Positions 55,379-63,940 of a stretch of 64,000 nt of DNA are shown here, piece after piece (position 1 is the stretch's first letter; the number at the start of each line of letters is the position of its first letter). Made by a program: the position numbers and the translations under genes. Location: positions 1 to 64,000 of the IMG/VR virus record IMGVR_UViG_3300020464_000002; one strand, given 5' to 3'. Under the pieces are notes generated by a model. The model was not told the DNA's origin, ran no database searches, and saw only the letters and a program-made list of their open reading frames with translations. Origin of the DNA: a virus.

Positions 55379-57193
55379 ATGGATAAGAAGCAAGCAGCAG
55401 TATTTGACGCAGCAGCACATAAAGAAGTACAGGCAGTACGCCGCCTGATGCGTTCTTTAGAAAACAAGGGCAATAGCAGCGATCAAGTCGCCGCGTTTGA
55501 CTCGATGCTGGCAAGCAACCCCCAAGGCCGTGAGGCAGCAATGAGCGAGCTACCCGAGTCGCTACAGCGTATCTTAAACAGTAAATACATGGCAGAAGAC
55601 AAGCAAGCCGTTTTTGATGGTTTAGAAGACGGTATTATTGAATTTAAACGCCGTAATGGTGGTGAAATGCCGTCAGAGTACGCGATTGCCGCCGCATTGA
55701 CCACAGCCGCCGCGCCGTTTGGTGGTGCTGAAAAATACGATAGCAACTCAGAGCCTACGTTTGATAGCCTATCACTAGGTCATCATGAAGCGTTGTCAGT
55801 CGTGCCAGCCGCAACTCAAGTCATTATCGCGTACGGTATCTCTAACTCACTACCACTGCTATCGATGTTACCTAACCCAATGGGTAGCAACGAATTGCCG
55901 ATCGTTTATGGTACAGCTGTTGCCGGCTTAGACATGGGCGTTATGCGCCGTGGTGAATTGATGGACGGCGACAAAGCGGGTATGCCATACCTAGAAAACC
56001 GTCATACATTGACCATGGAAAAGACCGCCGCTGGCACGTTCACGCTAGAATCTCATGTCGCTTATACCGCTGAAAAGCGCGGCGATAAAACTGTTAAATT
56101 TACCGTTGATAAAACCTCGTCACTTGCGCCGTTCTTAGGCGGCCGTGTTGTCGTTATGATCAAGGGCATTGAGATCGCCAACGACAAGCACCGTGATCAC
56201 CCGACTAAGGGTGGCCGTAGTGTTCTACAGCCGCTAGATCCAGTTGATATCGGTACAGATACTTATATCGTAACAACCGCTGTGGCTGATCTTGACACGT
56301 ACACTATCGAAGTGAATTTTGATACGACAAACGGCGTTGATCCTGAGCCTGATGACGTGAGCATTGAGCTTATCTTTGACTACGAGCGTAAAGACAGCAA
56401 CGGCAACAATATTTTGCGTGAACCATCGGTAGATATGGAGTTTTTACACCGTTCTATCTATGCAGCCCCTCATCGTTCGCGTTCTACCGCAACAATCGAT
56501 GCGATCACTCAGCTATCGAATGAGCTTGGTATCAACTGGTACGGAGCCGCGCAGACAATCGCTATGCAGCGTTACTACTTTGAGCAGACAGGCCGCTTAT
56601 TGCGCACCGCGTTTAATATGTGTCTATCGGATCAAAACCCAAAAACTGGCCGCGTGGTGACGTTTGACTTTAACAAGACTGGTGTGTCACCGACCAACCT
56701 AGCGGATGCGTTTTCTAACGTCAATATTACGTTAGGGCTGGCGCGTACTCGCTTGTCTCGCGCTATTAACACAGCGATTGCAGGTTACGATCTGTATGTA
56801 TCAGATCGCGGCGCGGCGTTCTTCTCAGGCATGGGCGGCCAAAACTACGAATCAACAGGCGTACCGTTTGGTGATCAGTATTCCGTCTACCGTATTGGCC
56901 GTCTTAAAAACAACGGTGCAAACGTCTATTACGTTCCATCAAGCATGGGCGTATTTGATGAAGAAACGGACACCACCACAGCACACGCATTGTTAGTGCC
57001 ACGCGCTATCACGCCAGCACAAGCGCCGTTTGTTGGCTTTACCGCAGTACCGCCAATGGTGCTAACGTCAAATGCCACCGCGTTTGAAAAAGACGTGGCG
57101 ATCTACAGCCGTATGGCTGGCGAGGTTAACCCGCTACCTCGTTATCGCAATCAGTGCATGTTGATTGAAATGATCAACTTGCCAGCGCTTTAA
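55379..57193 (+). CDS. putative major capsid protein (604 aa, possibly with a cleavable N-terminal domain)
   Basis: Has its own box promoter and is followed by a strong terminator. Size and position are capsid-like. No motif-level proof. Confidence 0.45.
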   Translation: MDKKQAAVFDAAAHKEVQAVRRLMRSLENKGNSSDQVAAFDSMLASNPQGREAAMSELPESLQRILNSKYMAEDKQAVFDGLEDGIIEFKRRNGGEMPSEYAIAAALTTAAAPFGGAEKYDSNSEPTFDSLSLGHHEALSVVPAATQVIIAYGISNSLPLLSMLPNPMGSNELPIVYGTAVAGLDMGVMRRGELMDGDKAGMPYLENRHTLTMEKTAAGTFTLESHVAYTAEKRGDKTVKFTVDKTSSLAPFLGGRVVVMIKGIEIANDKHRDHPTKGGRSVLQPLDPVDIGTDTYIVTTAVADLDTYTIEVNFDTTNGVDPEPDDVSIELIFDYERKDSNGNNILREPSVDMEFLHRSIYAAPHRSRSTATIDAITQLSNELGINWYGAAQTIAMQRYYFEQTGRLLRTAFNMCLSDQNPKTGRVVTFDFNKTGVSPTNLADAFSNVNITLGLARTRLSRAINTAIAGYDLYVSDRGAAFFSGMGGQNYESTGVPFGDQYSVYRIGRLKNNGANVYYVPSSMGVFDEETDTTTAHALLVPRAITPAQAPFVGFTAVPPMVLTSNATAFEKDVAIYSRMAGEVNPLPRYRNQCMLIEMINLPAL

Positions 57194-57220
57194 TCATCAA
57201 GCAAAGGCTTAGCCACTAAA

Positions 57221-57256
57221 AGCCTTGCTGTCATGAGTGGCAGCAGGGCTTTTTTT
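57221..57256 (+). terminator. strong intrinsic terminator after the capsid gene
   Basis: AGCCTTGCTG tcatgagtgg CAGCAGGGCT (one G-U pair) followed by T7. Competes with upstream hairpin 57204-57226. Confidence 0.75.
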
Positions 57257-57292
57257 AAATCTATTTTTAACCAATACCCAAGGATTACCGAT

Positions 57293-57988
57293 ATGACAGA
57301 CGTTAAGCAATTACCTGAAAATCTTGATCAACTAGAGCAGCTGACAGAGTTCAAACGCGTGTATAAAAAATACACCGCTGATCAGCTGGAAGATCTATTG
57401 ACCGAAGCTGAGGTGGATTACCTAAGCGCTGACAACAAGTCAGAGCTAACATGGCGCTTACTGGATCATCAGGGCTTTGATTTTGAAGCCGCGCTTGCCG
57501 AAGAAAACAGCGATCAATCAGCACCGCAAGATGAGCCAGTACCAGCGGATGATAAGAATGATGCCAATGAAGACGTACAGACGGTTCAAGATGATGCTGA
57601 TAGCGAGCAAGGCGATCAGATCGATAGCGAAGCAAACGCCGATCTTGGTTCAGGTGGTGAAAGCACTGACGACAGCGAAAAATCTAGTCAAATGGATAAC
57701 GTTACCAACGATTATGCGCCGTCAGATATTAGTAACGGCAATGACGCTAACGCAAACGAAGTTGAGCAACCAGCAGAAGCGGCAGATCAGCCAGTGAAAG
57801 AGAAAGATCATGTGGCCGTTTTTAATACTGGTGCGTGGCCTTTTTTCGAGACAGCGACCAGCACGCTAGTTCCCGCTAAGAAGACAACTAAGATCTATCC
57901 TACGGCCTCAGTCGATAAAGATCGGATTTTGCGTAATGTGGAGCAGTACAACCACACACGCGGTAATAAATTGCGCGTTATTAATTAA
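57293..57988 (+). CDS. highly acidic protein with a SAP/Rho-N-like N-terminal helix pair
   Basis: ATG 57293 after AAGGA. The track start 57233 overlaps the terminator. Long D/E/Q/N-rich central region. Confidence 0.5.
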   Translation: MTDVKQLPENLDQLEQLTEFKRVYKKYTADQLEDLLTEAEVDYLSADNKSELTWRLLDHQGFDFEAALAEENSDQSAPQDEPVPADDKNDANEDVQTVQDDADSEQGDQIDSEANADLGSGGESTDDSEKSSQMDNVTNDYAPSDISNGNDANANEVEQPAEAADQPVKEKDHVAVFNTGAWPFFETATSTLVPAKKTTKIYPTASVDKDRILRNVEQYNHTRGNKLRVIN

Positions 57989-58005
57989 GCGAGTGGTGAT
58001 TTATT

Positions 58006-58036
58006 GGCGGCCATGCTGACGTTGTGGCCGTCTTTT
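58006..58036 (+). terminator. intrinsic terminator
   Basis: GGCGGCCA tgctgacgttg TGGCCGTC followed by TTTT. Confidence 0.6.
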
Positions 58037-58059
58037 CTACCTAACACAAGGGATTTGCT

Positions 58060-59148
58060 ATGATCAACAGCAAAACACTAGGATCAGCCGCCGGTATTCA
58101 ATACCAAGGCGTGATCGACAACTCAGAGGGTACGAATCTACCATCACTGGCTAATGGCGTGGTCATTGGCAAGTTTAAGCGCGGGCGCATGGATAAGCCG
58201 TTTAAGGTGACTGCTAGCAACTACAAGGCATTGCTTGGCCGCGATCCATCTAACCCTAGCTACTTAGCCGTAGAGGACGCCTTTAAGCGCGGCGTTAGCG
58301 AGGTTAGTATTTTGCGCATTGGTGGCACTGGCGGCGCAGCAAAGCCCATCCCAGTTAACACAGGAACCGTTATTTTTAGCGTTGAGAGCTACGAGAACCC
58401 ATCTAGTGAATATCCAGTATATATTTATATTGAAAATCCAGTTGGCGACTGGACGCTAACCGAGGCGGGCGAGTTAATCGCTGATTCAACAGGGTTTGCC
58501 GCTGACGGCGTGGATTTGGATATCTATGACGGCGGCGCTGATATTCTCTTTACGGTTGTTACGCCCGACAAGCGATCTTTTGAGCTTGATGTAACCGCCG
58601 AATATGCCGATATTTCTTATGATGGACAGCATAACTTTCATAGCCCAAACAGCGATGTGGCTACCTTAGATCCGCTAGGCGAGGTTGTTATCAGTCAATT
58701 TTCGTCAAAGATACCTAGTTTTTCAACAGCATTTTTCAACACGCTTTTAACCGTGCCTGAACATATACCGCCTGAATTGGTCGATATCAGTTATTTATTT
58801 TTCGAAGCCTCGCGTTTTAACCAAAACATAAGTATGTGGGATGTAAGTCACGTACTCAATATGAATAGCACTTTTTATAACGCTAAGATTTTTAACCAAG
58901 ATCTATCTAATTGGTGTACGCCTAATCTACCGTTCGGTGGTGTAGATTTTGATACTGGCGCCGATGCGTGGTTATTGCCTAGACCAGTTTGGGGTACTTG
59001 TCCACGCAGAGAGGGCGGCGCGACTGATTATGTTTTTGATCCATTGCTACCAAGCCAGCCGCCGAGCACAGATAGCAGTTATATCCGCATAGCACCAGTA
59101 ACGCCGATAGACGGCTGGCATGATGCGTCAAATAACATGACAACATAA
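58060..59148 (+). CDS. anchor-domain paralogue 1 with C-terminal DUF285/BspA-type repeats
   Basis: Conserved 88-aa N-terminus shared with 60407 and 61656. C-terminal FNQNISMWDVSHVLNMNSTFYNAKIFNQDLSNW. Confidence 0.6.
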   Translation: MINSKTLGSAAGIQYQGVIDNSEGTNLPSLANGVVIGKFKRGRMDKPFKVTASNYKALLGRDPSNPSYLAVEDAFKRGVSEVSILRIGGTGGAAKPIPVNTGTVIFSVESYENPSSEYPVYIYIENPVGDWTLTEAGELIADSTGFAADGVDLDIYDGGADILFTVVTPDKRSFELDVTAEYADISYDGQHNFHSPNSDVATLDPLGEVVISQFSSKIPSFSTAFFNTLLTVPEHIPPELVDISYLFFEASRFNQNISMWDVSHVLNMNSTFYNAKIFNQDLSNWCTPNLPFGGVDFDTGADAWLLPRPVWGTCPRREGGATDYVFDPLLPSQPPSTDSSYIRIAPVTPIDGWHDASNNMTT

Positions 59149-59157
59149 GGGTGATTC

Positions 59158-60294
59158 ATGACTACTATAGCAGCTTGTTTAAAAGTAAAAATAAACAATC
59201 AGGAGGCAAAGCTAAATAGTTTTGTTGATCTAAATTTTAATAACTTGTCAGACATTAGCACTGAACAGCTAGCGGTCGTTAGATTGCTTAAAAACTATCT
59301 TGGTGGGTTTTTTAGATGGTCGCAACTATTGCCTGATAGAGAGCTTGGTATCATGGATGGTGTTGGCGGTATGGGTGGCGAGCCAGCAGATAAAAGCGGG
59401 TTTTACATAGGCACTATCAATATGCGCGAATATCCGTTCTCATTCGCCGCTTTCGATGAGCAGCAATTTAGATCAGCGATTAGTGAGGTTGAAGATGTAT
59501 TGAAACTCTTTAATTTTGACGAGCTTGTCAATGCCGCCAGCCTTGAGGATTTGCAGCAGTTGATCGATAATGAGATCAATAGTAGCAACCCAAAATATAC
59601 GGTTACGGCTCACACAGAGCCAGTCACCTTGCGTATATTGCGTTGCACACAGAGCGATATTAACTCTATCGCCGTAGACGGTGCGCCGCCTCATGTGGAT
59701 ATGTTCGATTCATTAGTGCAGATGCTACCGCACCACTCACCAACACTGGACAAGGCCGATTATGCGCCAGCTTATTATGACGCTGGATTTGATCAGATTA
59801 TTTTTAAATCTAAGTTTGGCTTGCATCAAAAGCTGGCGGGTTCTAATGATGACTTTGTTACTAGCGTTACAGTCAGTAAAGACCTGATTAATGACACTGT
59901 GACAAATTATCTTTTTTCATATCAGATTAACGATAGACCTATTGTTAGAGCTAGTTTTGACGGCAGTAGCTTTATGCCAACCTCGCTTGCGGACTATATC
60001 GTATGGCACATGCCTGATGATCATATATTCAAGTTTGATTTTGACCGACACCCTAGCGATAACGAGATTTTACAGCCGTTTTGGATCAACAACGAAAGCG
60101 ATGCTAACGGTAATTATGTTTTCTCAGGCTTAGACGGTACGGAGAATATACCCAATGTAACGCTATTTGAGCAGCAAAACACTCTTAAATTCTTATTAAC
60201 GCCTGATGCGACTAATGATAATGACTTAGTACGCATACTATTCGGTGGTGATATTGAAATCAGATCGTCTTTTGCCTCAAGTGGATCTCAATAA
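59158..60294 (+). CDS. companion protein 1 (paralogue of 60805-61527)
   Basis: 378-aa ORF. Shares TLRI.xC, VD(M/I)F and FDEL segments with companion 2. Confidence 0.5.
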   Translation: MTTIAACLKVKINNQEAKLNSFVDLNFNNLSDISTEQLAVVRLLKNYLGGFFRWSQLLPDRELGIMDGVGGMGGEPADKSGFYIGTINMREYPFSFAAFDEQQFRSAISEVEDVLKLFNFDELVNAASLEDLQQLIDNEINSSNPKYTVTAHTEPVTLRILRCTQSDINSIAVDGAPPHVDMFDSLVQMLPHHSPTLDKADYAPAYYDAGFDQIIFKSKFGLHQKLAGSNDDFVTSVTVSKDLINDTVTNYLFSYQINDRPIVRASFDGSSFMPTSLADYIVWHMPDDHIFKFDFDRHPSDNEILQPFWINNESDANGNYVFSGLDGTENIPNVTLFEQQNTLKFLLTPDATNDNDLVRILFGGDIEIRSSFASSGSQ

Positions 60295-60333
60295 TTTTTT
60301 TAAAGTTATCGTCAGGCATCCAAGCCTAGCCTT

Positions 60334-60406
60334 TGGAACACCCTAAAACCCTAACCTCGACAAAGCCTATACTGAGTCATAAACCACTCAGTATAGGCAT
60401 TTTATT
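60334..60406 (+). promoter_or_regulatory. late-promoter unit G
   Basis: TGGAACACCCTAAAAC 60334-60349. TATACT 60368-60373 lies inside IR GCCTATACTGAGT/ACTCAGTATAGGC 60365-60377/60386-60398, then ATTTTATT. ATG 60407. Confidence 0.6.
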
Positions 60407-60754
60407 ATGATCGAGAGTAAAACACTAGGTAGCGCCGCTGGCGTGCAGTATCAGGGCGTTATCGACAAGACAGAAACAAACAGCTTGCCGTCATTGGCCA
60501 ATGGCGTGGTCATTGGCAAGTTTAAGCGCGGCCGTATGGACAAGCCGTTTAAGGTGACTGCCGTCAATTATCAGGCATTGCTAGGGCGTGATCCGATGAA
60601 TCCAAGCTACTTAGCAGTAGAGGATGCCTTTAGGCGCGGTATTAGCGAGGTGAGCGTATTGCGCGTTGGCCAAACGGGCGGCGCGTCAGTTGTGGAGGTC
60701 GAAAAATACAGCTATCTTGATTTATCGCTACCCTTGCCGCCAGCCGTCGCTTAA
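60407..60754 (+). CDS. anchor-domain paralogue 2 (short, 115 aa; anchor module only)
   Basis: Same N-terminal module, then 25 unrelated residues and a stop. May be a truncated copy. Confidence 0.45.
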   Translation: MIESKTLGSAAGVQYQGVIDKTETNSLPSLANGVVIGKFKRGRMDKPFKVTAVNYQALLGRDPMNPSYLAVEDAFRRGISEVSVLRVGQTGGASVVEVEKYSYLDLSLPLPPAVA

Positions 60755-60804
60755 ACCTACCGCAATAATAAACATGAATTTTTAATAAATATAAGGATTT
60801 TCTT

Positions 60805-61527
60805 ATGGCTAACGAATGGTTTTATGCAGCATGTGCAAAAATGCAGGTTAATAACAGTGAGCCTTTCATACTATCTTTTGAAGATACTGCTTTTAGAGAT
60901 ATGGCTGAACAAATACCCAACGTAGATTTTAACGATTTATGTATTTTTGCTTTAATTTCGCCATTTTTCACCCCCAATGTAACAAATATGGATCAAAATT
61001 GGTCGGCACGCTTGCCGCGCTTAAATTTCACTGCCATTCCTGAAGATATGGTCATGTTAGGCCGGCAGGTTAATAGCCTATCTAACCCTTATCCCGAAAA
61101 CCGCACTGGTCTTGTTTGTTTTACTAAAGAATCGTTTAAGGCGCTCATGATGCAAGAGCCGCCCACTACGGACATGACGCCACAGGAGTGGCAAGACTTG
61201 GTAATTAGCACACCATTTGATGAGCTACAATCTCTACTAGAAACGTTTGGATCATCACCTTTCAAGATTAATGGTACGAGATCAACGCTCAGAATAATGC
61301 CATGTAGTCGAGAAGAAATAAAGAGCCTTGATCCGTACGGCGGGCTTGATGCGCCGCGTGTAGATATTTTTAACCTTGTTAAAGAGCGTTTAACCAATAC
61401 GGTTAAACAGCTTGACGATAAGGGTTTAGAGCCAGCCAAATACTATGCAGGCGGCAATTATATCGAGTTTGTTGCGGAGTGTTCGATAAGTATTTCTGAG
61501 ACTATGCCTACTAACCCACAGTTATGA
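60805..61527 (+). CDS. companion protein 2
   Basis: 240-aa ORF, paralogous to 59158-60294. Confidence 0.5.
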   Translation: MANEWFYAACAKMQVNNSEPFILSFEDTAFRDMAEQIPNVDFNDLCIFALISPFFTPNVTNMDQNWSARLPRLNFTAIPEDMVMLGRQVNSLSNPYPENRTGLVCFTKESFKALMMQEPPTTDMTPQEWQDLVISTPFDELQSLLETFGSSPFKINGTRSTLRIMPCSREEIKSLDPYGGLDAPRVDIFNLVKERLTNTVKQLDDKGLEPAKYYAGGNYIEFVAECSISISETMPTNPQL

Positions 61528-61582
61528 TAAGGATTAGCTTGACAGGTGAGTAGCTGGTGTCGAGCGAACCCGATTCAAGCTA

Positions 61583-61655
61583 TGGAACACTGCTAAAGCC
61601 ACAAGCCAAGCCAAGCCTATACTGAGCTATTACTACTCAGTATAGGCTTTTTATT
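61583..61655 (+). promoter_or_regulatory. late-promoter unit H
   Basis: TGGAACACTGCTAAAG 61583-61598. TATACT 61618-61623 lies inside IR GCCTATACTGAG/CTCAGTATAGGC 61615-61626/61636-61647, then a T-run. ATG 61656. Confidence 0.6.
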
Positions 61656-62468
61656 ATGATCAACAGCAAAACACTAGGATCGGCCGCCGGTATTCAATAC
61701 CAAGGCGTTATCGATAAGACAGAAACAAACAGCTTACCGTTATTGGCCAATGGTGTGATCATTGGCCGGTTTAAGCGTGGGCGTATGGATAAACCATTTA
61801 AAGTGACTGCTAATAACTACCAATCGTTGCTAGGCCGCGATCCGTCTAATCCTAGCTACTTAGCGGTTGAGGACGCGTTTAAGCGTGGTATCAGCGAGGT
61901 TAGTATTTTGCGCGTTGGCGGGCGGGCAGCTGGCGATGGTTTAGGCGATGGTTTAGGCGATGGAGGATTGGGCGGCGGCAGTGGTTGGAGTGATATTGAT
62001 TTCGTTGGATCGGTGGGCGGTATGTCGATTGGGTACGAGATGGGTTATCTTTATATATTTCAATACCAAATTAATGATGAAACGCCGGTTATTGTAGAAG
62101 TACCCGCCAACCGGACTGAATTGGTGGGTACTAACCTTGGGATGCTTGTCGTTGACTTCACCCCCAATGTTTTTAAAGATTCAGCAAGCGGTGATCCGTA
62201 TGAGTATTGGATGGAATGGGAGGTTCAAGAAAACTCTAATTGGATTACTCTAAAAGGTCTAAGATCCGGATATACCGCGCCGCAAATGGATTCAATGCTG
62301 GAAAATAATATACTTAGAATAACAGAGGTTTCGGAAGAGGAGCGCTACTCTATATCCATTAACAATCCTAATCTAACAACCTATGATATAGGGCTAAATA
62401 ATAACACTGCTGAAATGGGTGTGAGGTCAGAAATTAGGGTTGTAGCGCCGGATCTAGGTGCTGTGTAA
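61656..62468 (+). CDS. anchor-domain paralogue 3 with GDGLG linker and an unrelated C-terminal domain
   Basis: Same N-terminal module, then GDGLGDGLGDGGLGGGSG, then a domain of about 170 aa. Confidence 0.55.
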   Translation: MINSKTLGSAAGIQYQGVIDKTETNSLPLLANGVIIGRFKRGRMDKPFKVTANNYQSLLGRDPSNPSYLAVEDAFKRGISEVSILRVGGRAAGDGLGDGLGDGGLGGGSGWSDIDFVGSVGGMSIGYEMGYLYIFQYQINDETPVIVEVPANRTELVGTNLGMLVVDFTPNVFKDSASGDPYEYWMEWEVQENSNWITLKGLRSGYTAPQMDSMLENNILRITEVSEEERYSISINNPNLTTYDIGLNNNTAEMGVRSEIRVVAPDLGAV

Positions 62469-62477
62469 ATAAGGCAT

Positions 62478-62551
62478 TGGAACACCCCTAAAGGCCTAAA
62501 GCAAACCTTGCCTATACTGAGTTGATACCAACACAGTATAGGCATTTTATT
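62478..62551 (+). promoter_or_regulatory. late-promoter unit I
   Basis: TGGAACACCCCTAAAG 62478-62493. TATACT 62513-62518 lies inside IR GCCTATACTG/CAGTATAGGC 62510-62519/62534-62543, then ATTTTATT. ATG 62552. Confidence 0.6.
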
Positions 62552-63940
62552 ATGAGCGCTCAGATCCTTTATTTAAGTATTCTAGCGTCTTCCATGGCAC
62601 TGACGGAATCGCCCGATCCCGCAGCGCTGGCAAGCGTAGAGCTTGTCACGGAATACGCTTTTGATTCAAACGTTGTGGCAAAAGTCATGGTGGTTGATCA
62701 AAAAACCTTTACCACTGCCGCCGACCCCTTAAACAACCTTGTTTTTAAGATCAGCTTTAACGACAAGATCGATGGCAGTACGCTAACAGAATTACAAGGC
62801 CGTTTATACACTGGCGGCGGCGTTGAGGCGCTAGAAGAAAACCATGCCGATGACTTTAGTTACGTCACAGGTAAGCTAGACTTTCACGGCGCATTAGATA
62901 GCCAGTATGACTTTTTCGAGTCCGTCACGACCAGTTATAGCGCAAGCAGTGCAGCAGCGATCAAAACAGCGCTTGAAACCGTGGGCGCATTAAACGAGCT
63001 TGGCGCTTATCGCACCAAACAAGTTGAATTGGCCGTACCAGCTAGCACCGTAACCGACCTGACACCAAAAGAGCTTAAAAACGCGTTGTTAGACATGCGC
63101 GATCGTCCACGCTACCTAGTCACTTGTGACGTGGCCAGCTTACCCCATATTGAAGCGCTGGCAGAGGTGATGGGTAAGATCAACTGTCACGTATTGCTTG
63201 ATATTGGCAATATCACCGACTGGCAATCAGCCGTAGCGTTAACTGAGACATTGAGCATTAACGATCACCGTTTTTGGGTGTTTTGGAACCCTAATAAGTC
63301 ACGTCCAAGCAATGCAACAACCGTGCTGGCGCGTAAAAAATGGCGACCGTGTGTTGGTGATTACCTCGCTCAATTATTGTTGCGCAACGCGGCCACCAAT
63401 GCCGCTGGCATCCCGCCAATCTATCGACCAATCGCAGGTTACGACTTCCCAGTGGCGTTCCGCGATATGGAAAAAATAGGCGGTTTAACGCTGGATGAAG
63501 AAGCACAAAACGCGCTTGCCAGTGCTGGCGTGAACGTGGTTATTAATGAGCGTTTTGAGGGCGGCGATCGCTGGATCTATGGCGATGCGTTGACCCAGTA
63601 TGACAGCAAGACCAGCGCCTTGCGCCTGATCAACTCATCCGAGATTGAGACTTATACCGCCAATGTTGTGATCGGCATTGCTAAAAAGCACTTGCTAAAA
63701 GGTATGAGTAGTTATGTCAAAGATGCGACCAATGAGTGTGAGCGCTTTTTGGATTCATGCGTTGTTGATGATAGTGGTAAGGGCTTGTTGGTGCAGTCGT
63801 CAGAGCTTGGCGGTCGTTATTATGCGCTAAGTATTACGCCACGCGCTGACGATCCATTCAGTAAAGTAGATATCAAGTTTAGCCGCCGTCCGCAAGGTTG
63901 TGCACGCCAAGCATTTTTAGAAACCACAGTAACGAAGTAA
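62552..63940 (+). CDS. contractile tail sheath protein
   Basis: C-terminal pattern ALASAGVNVVINERFEGGDRWIYGDALTQ ... RYYALSITPRADDPFSKVDIKF resembles the sheath C-terminal domain. ATG 62552 fits the box spacing. The track start 62522 lies inside the hairpin. Confidence 0.55.
   Translation: MSAQILYLSILASSMALTESPDPAALASVELVTEYAFDSNVVAKVMVVDQKTFTTAADPLNNLVFKISFNDKIDGSTLTELQGRLYTGGGVEALEENHADDFSYVTGKLDFHGALDSQYDFFESVTTSYSASSAAAIKTALETVGALNELGAYRTKQVELAVPASTVTDLTPKELKNALLDMRDRPRYLVTCDVASLPHIEALAEVMGKINCHVLLDIGNITDWQSAVALTETLSINDHRFWVFWNPNKSRPSNATTVLARKKWRPCVGDYLAQLLLRNAATNAAGIPPIYRPIAGYDFPVAFRDMEKIGGLTLDEEAQNALASAGVNVVINERFEGGDRWIYGDALTQYDSKTSALRLINSSEIETYTANVVIGIAKKHLLKGMSSYVKDATNECERFLDSCVVDDSGKGLLVQSSELGGRYYALSITPRADDPFSKVDIKFSRRPQGCARQAFLETTVTK

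Noticed and set aside
58060-61930. Diversity-generating retroelement (template/variable repeat) explanation for the near-identical 5' gene segments
   Set aside because: No reverse transcriptase is present in the window. The differences between copies are not restricted to adenine positions. Whole promoter-plus-gene modules are duplicated.
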